From positions 1 through 64,000 of the forward strand of contig QPMI01000079.1 in the NCBI GenBank assembly GCA_004431415.1: a DNA stretch of 64,000 bases, given 5' to 3'. Position 1 is the stretch's first letter, and every line of letters begins with the position of its first letter. The stretch is from Cyanophora paradoxa CCMP329 (Eukaryota; Plantae; Glaucophyta). Below, one piece after another: positions 1-10,997 of this stretch. The notes under the pieces were generated by a model. That model saw nothing but the letters and a program-made list of their open reading frames with translations. It had not been told where the DNA came from and made no database searches. The translations under genes were made by a program, and so were the position numbers.

Positions 1-3000
1 GGCTCGGGCCCGGCGCCCGCCTACAGCGACGCAGGGCGCCCCGGCTACGGTGGCGCTGGCGCGGCCCGTATGGACCCTCGTCTGGCCCTGGCGCCGGCAT
101 CGCCAACTCTGGCGTGGACGCGCCCGCCCGAGCCCGCTCGCCCCGTCTAGTCTGGCCTCAGCAGCTTCAACGGCAGCGGCCCCGGCTCCGCCACCCTCTC
201 GTGGAAGCGCCCGGCTCGGGCTCGCCCGCCTCGTACACCGTCCTCAAGGACGGCAAGCCCGTCGCGTCGGTCCCCGGCGGCCAGACCTCGTCCGGTCCCG
301 GCCTGCCGACCAACGGCGGCGCCTCGACCCTGCAGTGGTGCCGTCGACAGCAACGGCGTCGCGGGCCCGGCCTCGTCGCCGCTCGCGGCCTCGCTGCCGA
401 GCGACCGAGCTCCGGCATCGCGCTGACGTCGACGCCGGCGGGCTCCGGCTCCAGCCGAGCGCGCTGCTGCGTGGACCACGCGAGCGCCTCGGCAACGTCC
501 CGAGGTGCGGCAGCCGTGTTTCGCGCGCGGGGCCGGCTCTGCGGGTGCTGACGCGCTTTTTTCGCGGCAGCTTCGGCGTCCTGCAGGACGGCCGCCAGGT
601 CGCCACTGCCAAGGCCTCGCCGTCGGCGTCAACACCTTCGCGCCCAAGGCCTCAGCCCGAGCGCGGCCGCCAACTCGAACTTCTCGGTGTGCCGCTGTCG
701 TCGTCGGGCAGCCCGCGGCCCCGCCAGCAACAGCGTGCCTCTCGCCTCGTACCCGGCCGCTCCGCGCGGGTCCGCGAGCCCCGCGGACATGGCGCCCTCG
801 AACCTGCAGCTGACGAGCTCGCCGGGCCTCTTCTCGTCGAGCCGCCTGTCGTGGAACCGTCCGCGCGCGGGCAACCCCGCGAGCTACTCGGTGATTGGCG
901 ACGGCAAGGTCCTGGGCAGCGTCCCGGCCAACCAGACCTCGTTCGACGTCTCGCCCAAGAGCGGCGAGCCCGGCAGCGTCTACCAGGTTGTGCCGGTCGC
1001 GGCGAACGGCGCGGTGGGCCCGGCCTCGAACCCCGCTTCCAGCTCGGGCTCCGGCCATGGGCCGGGCCCGTACGCCGGCGTCGGTGCGGCGGCCCTGAGT
1101 GGCGCCGGGTACGGCGGCGCGCCGGCGGGATCGGACGGCCTGTATTCCTCTGCGATTAGCCCGCGCGGCGATGGTGCCGGCCGTGCGACCTCGCCGACCG
1201 GTGCATCCGGGTCCGGCAGCTTCAGCGGCGCGTTCGGCCCTGCCAGCCCGTCGAGCCCCGGCGCGGGCATTGCCGGCTCTGGCGTGGACGCGCCCGCCCC
1301 GAGCCCGCTCGCGCCCTCGAGCCTGGGCCTCAGCAGCTTCAACGGCAGCGGCCCCGGCTCCGCCACCCTCTCGTGGAAGCGCCCGGCCTCGGGCTCGCCC
1401 GCCTCTTACACCGTCCTCAAGGACGGCAAGCCCGTCGCGTCGGTCCCCGGCGGCCAGACCTCGGTTCCGGTCTCCGGCCTGCCGACCAACGGCGGCGCCT
1501 CGACCCTGCAGGTGGTGCCGTTCGACAGCAACGGCGTCGCGGGCCCGGCCTCGTCGCCGCTGGCGGCCTCGCTGCCGAGCGACCCGAGCTCCGGCATCGC
1601 GCTGACGTCGACGCCGGCGGGCTCCGGCTCCAGCCCGAGCGCGCTGCTGGCGTGGACCACGCCGAGCGGCCTCGGCAACGTCCCGAGGTGCGGCAGCCGT
1701 GTTTCGCGCGCGGGGCCGGCTCTGCGGGTGTTGACGCGTTTTTTCGCGGCAGCTTCGGCGTCCTGCAGGACGGCCGCCAGGTCGCCACTGCCAAGGCCTC
1801 GCCGTCGGGCGTCAACACCTTCGCGCCCAAGGGCCTCAGCCCGAGCGCGGCCGCCAACTCGAACTTCTCGGTGGTGCCGCTGTCGTCGTCGGGCAGCCCC
1901 GCGGGCCCCGCCAGCAACAGCGTGCCTCTCGCCTCGTACCCGGCCGGCTCCGGCGCGGGTCCCGCGATCCCTGCGGACATGGCGCCCTCGAACCTGCAGC
2001 TGACGAGCTCGCCGGGCCTCTTCTCGTCGAGCCGCCTCTCGTGGAACCGTCCGCGCGCGGGCAACCCCGCGAGCTACTCGGTGATCGGCGACGGCAAGGT
2101 CCTCGGCAGCGTCCCGGCCAACCAGACCTCGTTCGACGTCTCGCCCAAGAGCGGCGAGCCCGGCAGCGTCTACCAGGTTGTGCCGGTCGCGGCGAACGGC
2201 GCGGTGGGCCCGGCCTCGAATACGGCCACCAGCGGCTCGGGCCCGGCGCCCGCCTACAGCGGCGCAGGCGCCCCCGGCTACGGTGGCGCTGGCGCGGGCC
2301 CGTATGGACCCTCGTCTGGCCCTGGCGCCGGCATCGCCAACTCTGGCGTGGACGCGCCCGCCCCGAGCCCGCTCGCCCCGTCTAGTCTGGCCCTCAGCAG
2401 CTTCAACGGCAGCGGCCCCGGCTCCGCCACCCTCTCGTGGAAGCGCCCGGCCTCGGGCTCGCCCGCCTCTTACACCGTCCTCAAGGACGGCAAGCCCGTC
2501 GCGTCGGTCCCCGGCGGCCAGACCTCGGTCCCGGTCTCCGGCCTGCCGACCAACGGCGGCGCCTCGACCCTGCAGGTGGTGCCGTTCGACAGCAACGGCG
2601 TCGCGGGCCCGGCCTCGTCGCCGCTCGCGGCCTCGCTGCCGAGCGACCCGAGCTCCGGCATCGCGCTGACGTCGACGCCGGCGGGCTCCGGCTCCAGCCG
2701 AGCGCGCTGCTGGCGTGGACCACGCCGAGCGGCCTCGGCAACGTCCCGAGTGCGGCAGCCGTGTTTCGCGCGCGGGGCCGGCTCTGCGGGTGCTGACGCG
2801 TTTTTTCGCGGCAGCTTCGGCGTCCTGCAGGACGGCCGCCAGGTCGCCACTGCCAAGGCCTCGCCGTCGGGCGTCAACACCTTCGCGCCCAAGGGCCTCA
2901 GCCCGAGCGCGGCCGCCAACTCGAACTTCTCGGTGGTGCCGCTGTCGTCGTCGGGCAGCCCCGCGGGCCCCGCCAGCAACAGCGTGCCGCTCGCCTCGTA

Positions 3001-5894
3001 CCCGGCCGGCTCCGGCGCGGGTCCCGCGAGCCCCGCGGACATGGCGCCCTCGAACCTGCAGCTGACGAGCTCGTCGGGCTTCTTCTCGTCGAGCCGCCTC
3101 TCGTGGAACCGTCCGCGTGCGGGCAACCCCGCGAGCTACTCGGTGATCGGCGACGGCAAGGTCCTGGGCAGCGTCCCGGCCAACCAGACCACGTTCGACG
3201 TCTCGCCCAAGAGCAGCGAGCCCGGCAGCGTCTACCAGGTCGTGCCGGTCGCGGCGAACGGCGCGGTGGGCCCGGCCTCGAACCCCGCTTCCAGCTCGGG
3301 CTCCGGCTATGGGCCTGGCCCGTACGCCGGCGTCGGTGCGGCGGCCCTGAGCGGCGCCGGGTACGGCGGCGCGCCGGCGGGATCGGACGGCCTGTATGCC
3401 TCTGCGATTAGCCCGCGCGGCGATGGCGCCGGCCGTGCGACCTCGCCGAACGGTGCGTCCGGGTCCGGCAGCTTCAGCGGCGCGTTCGGCCCTGCCAGCC
3501 CGTCGAGCCCCGGCGCCGGCATCGCCGGCTCTGGCGTGGACGCGCCCGCCCCGAGCCCGCTCGCGCCCTCGAGCCTGGGCCTCAGCAGCTTCAACGGCAG
3601 CGGCCCCGGCTCCGCCACCCTCTCGTGGAAGCGCCCGGCCTCGGGCTCGCCCGCCTCGTACACCGTCCTCAAGGACGGCAAGCCCGTAGCGTCGGTCCCC
3701 GGCGGCCAGACCTCGGCCCCGGTCTCCGGCCTGCCGACCAACGGCGGCGCCTCGACCCTGCAGGTGGTGCCGTTCGACAGCAACGGCGTCGCGGGCCCGG
3801 CCTCGTCGCCGCTGGCGGCCTCGCTGCCGAGCGACCCGAGCTCCGGCATCGCGCTGACGTCGACGCCGGCGGGCTCCGGCTCCAGCCCGAGCGCGCTGCT
3901 GGCGTGGACCACGCCGAGCGGCCTCGGCAACGTCCCGAGGTGCGGCAGCCGTGTTTCGCGCGCGCGGCCGGCCCTGCGGGCGCTGACGCGTTTTTTCGCG
4001 GCAGCTTCGGCGTCCTGCAGGACGGCCGCCAGGTCGCCACTGCCAAGGCCTCGCCGTCGGGCGTCAACACCTTCGCGCCCAAGGGCCTCAGCCCGAGCGC
4101 GGCCGCCAACTCGAACTTCTCGGTGGTGCCGCTGTCGTCGTCGGGCAGCCCCGCGGGCCCCGCCAGCAACAGCGTGCCTCTCGCCTCGTACCCGGCCGGC
4201 TCCGGCGCGGGTCCCGCGAGCCCTGCGGACATGGCGCCCTCGAACCTGCAGCTGACGAGCTCGCCGGGCCTCTTCTCGTCGAGCCGCCTCTCGTGGAACC
4301 GTCCGCGCGCGGGCAGCCCCGCGAGCTACTCGGTGATCGGCGACGGCAAGGTCCTGGGCAGCGTCCCGGCCAACCAGACCACGTTCGATGTCTCGCCCAA
4401 GAGCGGTGAGCCCGGCAGCGTCTACCAGGTTGTGCCGGTCGCGGCGAACGGCGCGGTGGGCCCGGCCTCGAACCCCGCTTCCAGCTCGGGCTCCAGCTAT
4501 AGGCCTGGCCCGTACGCCGGCGTCGGTGCGGCGGCCCTGAGTGGCGCCGGGTACGGCGGCGCGCCGGCGGGATCGGACACCAGCGATGCGTACAGCCGCG
4601 CGATGCCTCCCACCCGCGGTGCCGCTGGCCCCGGCTCGAGCAGCTACGGTGCCCCGGCGCCGTATGCGGCGCCATCGGCCGCGACGCTGGCCGATGCTGG
4701 CGTTTCCGGCCCGGCTCCTGATGAGAAGGCGCCCTCGAACCTGCGCCTGACCTCGGCTGGCGGTCGCGGCGGCAGCAGTTCGCTCTCGTGGAGCCACCCC
4801 TCCACTGGCCCCGCAACCATGTACGCAGTCATGGCGAACGGCAAGGTAACCACGCCTGATGCCATGGTCTATCGCTTTCCTTTCGCGACCGCTTGTTAAT
4901 CGGATTCGATTTTCGCAGGTCGTTTCCATGGTGCCCGGCACCCAGACCACGATCCTTGTTCCCGCTGCCGCTCCGGGGGCCTCTGCAAAGTACCAGGTAA
5001 TCTTAATTGTTCCTGGTTTCCAATCGTTTCTCCGGCGAATTTCAAGCACTTGACTGACGACGGTTCTAGGTCGTGCCGATGGGCGCCAGCGGCGCAGCAG
5101 AGACAGCTTCCTTCCCTCTGGCGGCCAGCGCCCCGTCGGACCCCAGCTCGGCCCTGCAGCTCACCGCGGCGCCCAGCTCCGCCAGCAGCGCCACGCTGAA
5201 GTGGAACCGGCCGACTGGCAAGGCCTTCAGTGCCGACCGCCTGCAGGGCTACAACGTGATCGTCAACGGCGCGACGGTCGCGACGGTCCCGCCGACGGCC
5301 ACGGAGTACGAGGTCGCCGACCTCCCGCCGAGCCCCGTCGTCTCCGTCGTGCCCGTCACCGCCAGCGGCCCGGCTCCCACCGCCGGCTCCTCGCCGGTCG
5401 TGGTCCCCGACCCGACGGAGGGCCAGAAGGCCGCCCCGCAGCGCTCGTCCAACCCCGCGGCGCCCTCGAACGTCCAGCTCACCAACGTCGACCAGGTCGG
5501 CACGATTGCTTATTTAGAGAACGTTTCGTTTGTTTATGCCTTGCTAACGCGCATCGAAACCAGGGCATCGTGTCGAACACGACGGGCACTCTGACCTGGG
5601 ACCCGCCGGCGAACGGGCCCCCGGCCGAGTACATGGTGCTCCAGAACGGCCTGCCCGTTGGCAAGGTCCCCGGCAGCCAAGTGCGTTAAGGAATTGATTT
5701 TGCATATGATCACCGAGAGTTTACTGATGGCTTCTGCGTCGCAGACGTCGTTCCAGCTCACTGATCTGCCGACGGGCCAGATGACCGAGTTCACGGTACA
5801 GCCAGTCAGCGCGGCTGGCGTGCCCGGGCCCGCCTCGCCGCCGTGCTCCTCCATCTGCCTCCCCTGCAAGCTCGCCGCGATGCTTGGGAAGTAA
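1..5894 (+). CDS. Large Ser/Gly/Pro-rich protein with tandem fibronectin type III-like repeats (5' end outside window; multi-exon)
   Basis: Repeated FN3-like motifs (SATLSWKRP...YTVLKDGK...LQVVPFDSNG; PSNLQLT...LSWNRP...YSVIGDGK...YQVVPVAANG). Identical phase-2 introns at 505-570, 1688-1752, ~2750-2814 and 3940-4004, further introns near 4846, 4997, 5496 and 5681, stop TAA 5892-5894. Single-base indels in the first unit are probably assembly errors. Confidence 0.8.
111..4580 (+). repeat. Intragenic tandem repeat, 4 units of ~1.06-1.19 kb (three FN3-like domains + intron + alternating linker)
   Basis: Unit start ggcgtggacgcgcccgcc at ~111, 1281, 2345, 3533; near-identical sequence; long and short linkers alternate. 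Confidence 0.95.
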
Positions 5895-6303
5895 TGGACA
5901 GGACTTCGGTCTAGTCACATAGCAGTAGCGGCCTTTGTTCTGGCCGCGGAATAAATTCCTAGATTTCACCTAGATCTAGTCTGAAGATTTTTGCAAACGC
6001 AGACATCAACAGCTAGCGCTAGCCTATGAATTCATAGTTTTCGGCAAGTATGCATATGTATGGTATAGAAATGCATCCAGAAATTCATCGATCGATATCT
6101 CTCGCATTTTTCGATTTCCTTACCTAAGGACGAATGGTGTGTGGTGCTTCATGATAAGAGTGATATCGTAGCTATATAGCTATAGCGTTTAGAATGTCTG
6201 ATGCAGTGTGCGATGAGTTTCCTTAATACATCGTGATACTTTGAACTGATCATGCCATGATGATGTACATGCACGAACGCGTACGTGATCGATATCATGA
6301 GGC

Positions 6304-6596
6304 GCACGGGGGAAATTTGTTAAAGCATAGGGGGCATGCATAATGCGTCCGACGGTCATGAACATGAATTCGAATTGTTTCCGATCTTGATCTAGATATC
6401 TAGATAATAGCTATTTATAGAGCCGCTATGCTTACCGTTCAACGGTTAAACAAGGGGAAAATTTTGTTAAACAGGCTAGGGGGTATGCATGATGCGTCAT
6501 GAACATGAATCGGAATTTGAAGTCACTGAGTACTAGTGTTTCCGATACTATGATGCCGATCTAGAAATGGATTATAATTATATATAGAGCCGCTAG
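6304..6596. repeat. Degenerate ~145-bp tandem duplication
   Basis: ggggaaa(a)tttgttaaa...taggggg...atgcgtc...atgaacatgaat...gtttccgat...tatagagccgcta occurs at ~6304-6428 and ~6451-6596. Confidence 0.8.
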
Positions 6597-6836
6597 CGCT
6601 GCAGCTGTGGTCCGACGGTCGCCCAGCGACCGCGGCCGCGGCCCGGCGGCGTCCGACGGTCGGCCCTGTCACAGTGTCTCACCCCGCGCGGCCTATAGCT
6701 AGGCCTGCCGCAGTGCCAGGCTAGCGCTAGGCTGGCCCAGGCCGATGATCGATATCTGTAGGATTCTGTACATGTGCGCGCCTATACTGTAGCTAGATCT
6801 GCCTTGCAGTTAACGTTGGTGGCGACTTGGCGCTGG

Positions 6837-9800
6837 CGTGATGAAACAAACTTGGTCGGATTTCGGAAAATAAAAAAAGTCAAGCTCGAGAGCCGGAGGG
6901 GGTCTCGGAGATTCGAGCTGCCGGGGGTCGGGACACGGCTAGGGTACTGCGGCGCGAATCTGACGGGCGCCACGGACTCGACTCAGGAGAGCGACGAGCG
7001 TGCACCGGAAGCACCGGGCGGGTAGCTAGGCGCGTTGGCTAGCTCCCCGGCACCCGCGCCGCCGACCGACCCGACACCCTGCTATCGGCGCGGTCGCACG
7101 CCCCTCGCGGCGAGCCTGGCCTAGTCTGGCCGCTCGAAGAGTTGTCTATACGTTACAGCCGGTACGTAGCTAGCTACAGCCAGCACCGCGGACGCCCCGC
7201 GCCTTGCGAACGGCCAACCTGCGCGGCTTCTGTGACTGCGGGCGATCCGTTGCTCCCGGCGCGCTGTATCGCTTCCGAAGGTGCTAAATACATGCTGCTG
7301 CACATACATGATGCGGTCCGCTGGCGGCACCTTCTCTAACCGCGGCCGCAGTACTAGTGTGCTCGGGAGAGCGCGGGGCGCTTCGCGGGGGCGAGCGTGG
7401 TGCGGTGCCGTCACACAACCAAGAGCAGCTCTTGCCATCACAGCTCTTGCTCTCGGGCGGGCTCTTGCCCTCGCCGGCGCGGCACACCGCTGTCCTTGGC
7501 GCAGCCAGCCCACGCCGAGCCCGCCCGTGCAGCCCGCCCGCGCTCCCCGCCCGCCCGTCGCGCGCCCCGCCGCAGGAGTCCGCGCCGGGCGGCCCCGAGC
7601 TTCTCGGACGCGAGGGACGACGCCGCGACGCCGCCGACGCCGCCAGCCCACGCCGAGCCCGCCCGTGCAGCCCCGCCCGCGCTCCCCGCTTGTCCGCCGC
7701 GCGCCCCGCCGCAGGAGTCCGCGTCGGGCGGCCCCGAGCGCCTCGGACGCGAGGAGACGACGCCGCGACGCCGCCGACGCCGCCAGCCCACGCCGAGCCC
7801 GCCCGTGCAGCCCCGCCCGCGCTCCCTGCTTGTCCGCCGCGCGCCCCGCCGCAGGAGCCCGCGCCGGACCGCCCCCGAGCGCCTCGGACGCGAGGGGACG
7901 AGGCCGCGACCCCGCCGACGCCCTCCGCCGCCGCCGAGCCCGCCCGTGCAGCCCGCTCGCGCCCCCGCCCGCCCGCCGCGCGCCCCGCCGCAGGGGCCCG
8001 CGCCGGGCCGCCCCGAGCGCCTCGGATGCGAGGGGACGAGGCCGCGACCCCGCCGACGCCCTCCGCCGCCGCCGAGCCCGCCCGTGCAGCCCCGCCCGCG
8101 CCCCCGCCCGCCCGCCGCGCGCCCCGCCGCAGGGGCCCGCGCCGGGCCGCCCCCGAGCGCCTCGGACGCGAGGGGACGAGGCCGCGACCCCGCCGACGCC
8201 CTCCGCCGCCGCCGAGCCCGCCCGTGCAGCCCCGCCCGCGCCCCCCGCCCGCCCGCCGCGCGCCCCGCCGCAGGGGCCCGCGCCGGGCCGCCCCCGAGCG
8301 CCTCGGACGCGAGGGACGAGGCCGCGACCCGCCGACGCCCTCCGCCGCCGCCGAGCCCGCCCGTGCAGCCCGCCCGCGCCCCCCGCCCGCCCGCCGCGCG
8401 CCCCGCCGCAGGGGCCCGCGCCGGGCCGCCCCGAGCGCCTCGGACGCGAGGGACGAGGCCACGACCCCGCCGACGCCCTCCGCCGCCGCCGAGCCCGCCC
8501 GTGCAGCCCCGCCCGCGCCCGCCGCGCGCCCGCCGCGCGCCCCGCCGCAGGGGCCCGCGCCGGGCCGCCCCCGAGCGCCTCGGATGCGAAAGGACGAGGC
8601 CGCGACGCAGCCGACGCCGCAGCTTAGCCACGTAGCTTAGTGGAGCTCCGCTTTCTCGCCTCAGAGGCCCGCGAGCGCTCTGTCAAGCCTATATTCTGTT
8701 CCAAAAACATGTAAATGACTTCTTTTCTGCGCCCTGAGCGCTGCATGCGACTGGGCGGGCTGGGATCACTCAGGAGGCATCTGGGGCCTCAATTTCCAGT
8801 AGTTCTTGAATTCGGACCCATGCTTTAATCGGCGGCCTTCGGTACCACCACCATCGTCTTCAGCACCCTCGAAAACCCCCGGGGACGTGAAATCGCCACT
8901 TCTGAGTGAGTTGATGCTTCAATAAGGCATCATGAGCAGGTCGGAGTAGCATTTTGGAACTTGAAAACTGAAAAGTTCCAGAGAGGGTCCTACGAGCAAA
9001 GTTCAAAACATCGGTCCGGTTCAAAAACACTTCGGATCACCCTGTGTCTTGGTGCAGTGATATAACTACAGATGATAATGATTCTGGCTCAAAGAGCGCC
9101 CGCTAGGGCCAGCCAGTCGCCCAGGAACTCACTGGCTCACTGGAACTCATGAGCAATCTCTGCTGGGGAAGCGCGCGCCAGGGCCGCGCTGCATCCGCGC
9201 ATGCGCTATTCATGCGCTCATCGAATCGCGCTACGGCGGCCCTGCGAGTCCTCGCGGTGCTTAGCCCTCGGAGAGAGATCAAATTGCCCAGGTGCATACA
9301 CGGCAGGAGCAGGCGACGATCGAGGCGGGCGCGCGCCAGAACCACGGTGCATCCACGCAAGCTCTATCAAGGCGAACATCGATTTGCGCTCCCGGCGGCC
9401 CGTCGCGCCCTCGCAGTTCGCAGCGGAATCGATTCGCACAGGTGCCCCCACTGGAGGAGGAGCCGCTGACGGCGGGGGCGCGAGCTGCTGCCCGCACGTG
9501 CGCTCTGCGCGAGCTCTAGATGTGTCTCGTGGCCCTAGACAACTTAACTCGCGTCGCCTCGCCGTCGCAGCCATGCCATCTGGAACCGCATGATGTGCTT
9601 GATTGCACAAGAGAACGTATCTGCCTGGGGCGCGGCGGGGCATGAAGCGGAGGCTTGACGGGACCTACGCAATGCGGGCGAGCGGTGCGCGGTCTCGGAG
9701 GCGACGAAAGACGCCCCGGCGACCCGAGGCCTGCGAGAGACAGATCCATTCAGGGCGGGGCCTGCGAGCGCGAGGGCGCGGGGCTTGCTTATGCACCTAC

Positions 9801-10500
9801 GCGTGATGCTCATCATGGATTTGAGCGATCAAGCGCTGTCTCGGTGCTGCGTTGTCGCTGCGAGGGAGACAGATGATCGGGGAGGACCGCGCGGGCCGGG
9901 CGGGCCTTCGCCACGCACCTCTAGGCAAAGTGCACGTTAGCTAACAGCCGAGCGCTTGGTCGTGGCACGCCTCCGCTCCAGCTGCGGTGTTGTTCCGCTT
10001 CCGATGCTCGGGCGGCCGCGCGGCCGCGCGGCCACAGCGACGCACATCGTCTCCTAAGGCCCCGCAAACGCTCTACGGGCGTCGCGCAGCTATGGGAGAG
10101 CGTCCTCCGTTTCTATGGGAGAACTGCGCCGACGTCCAGCGCACCAGGGAGCCTATCTTCCGGGGTGGTTCTCAACGGAATCCGACGCACCTTGATAGCC
10201 ACTACACCATGGTTAGGCCCGAATCGGCCTAGCTAGTGCGCCGTGGTCCCGCGCACGCTTGGTACCGAGCGTTCTTCGCTCTAGCTCTAGCTCCGCGCGC
10301 TCCTTTGGGCCAGCGATGCTGCTATGGGTCCGAAGGCTGCTCTAGAGCGTGCGGTAGCGCCGCCGGAGCATCGCCGGCTTCGCCGGCCATACGCGCGGGT
10401 TGCGGATGGAGTAACCCGGTGCAGGTTCATCCCCGGCGATTTGCCCCCCCAACTCGACTTTTTTTATTTTCCGAAATCCGACCAAGTTTGTTTCATCACG
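6837..10500. mobile_element. Non-autonomous TIR DNA transposon, 3664 bp, perfect 45-bp TIRs, 3-bp TSD (TGG)
   Basis: 6837-6881 cgtgatgaaacaaacttggtcggatttcggaaaataaaaaaagtc is the exact reverse complement of 10456-10500; TGG at 6834-6836 and 10501-10503; no recognisable transposase ORF inside. Confidence 0.85.
7503..8620. repeat. GC-rich minisatellite, 8 units of ~139 bp, inside the TIR element
   Basis: gccgagcccgcccgtgcagccc recurs at 7514, 7652, 7792, 7933, 8071, 8211, 8350, 8488. Confidence 0.95.
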
Positions 10501-10997
10501 TGGCGCGGCCACTGCGCGCGGCGCCGCGAATGCATATGGCCATGGCGACTCGAATTTGACTGTTCAGCGAACGTAGCAATCCGCTACCCGGGCACAGCAT
10601 GCATGTGGTACTTGGGACGGAAAAAACAATCGTCCTGCAGGGTGGCTCTTTTGCAGCTGCAGGGAGTTCTAGTCGGCTGCCAGTCGCTCTCACAACCGTT
10701 GAACTGCAGTCCGCGGATCGGACATCATCCGCCCCCCTAGCTTGTTCCCGAGCAGCTGCATCGAGCTAGCTATAGCGCTACAACCAGCACAGCACCTCGA
10801 GGGCGCGGCTTGCAATTGTGCGGTTAGCACGCTGAGTCGCGTCGTCGTCGCACAAAGATCTGCTGGTAGCGCGTTTTTCGGTCCCTGATACGACCGCCAG
10901 CTCGCACCGAGCAGCCGAGGGACGGAGCTCGTCAGCCTCCGAGTGTCGTGCCAGCCGCCAGCCGAGTCCGTAAGCGTAGCCACCGCATAGCTCAAGA

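Noticed and set aside
1-800. Frameshifts suggesting the FN3 gene is a pseudogene
   Set aside because: Scattered single-base deletions concentrated in one repeat unit look like long-read consensus error.
6347-6357. GTCCGACGGTC as sequencing-adapter or cloning-linker contamination
   Set aside because: It differs from the adapter sequence and is one instance of a general X-C-X'-G-X pattern seen with many triplets.
7503-8620. CRISPR-like array
   Set aside because: No unique spacers, eukaryotic context and no cas genes.
7281-8640. 400-450 aa ORFs on both strands over the minisatellite
   Set aside because: Unit length varies 138-141 bp without frame preservation; the open frames result from a lack of T.
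8860-9046. Possible Tc1/mariner-type end (ttcggatcaccctgt) inside the TIR element
   Set aside because: No partner TIR or TA target found, so not called as a feature.
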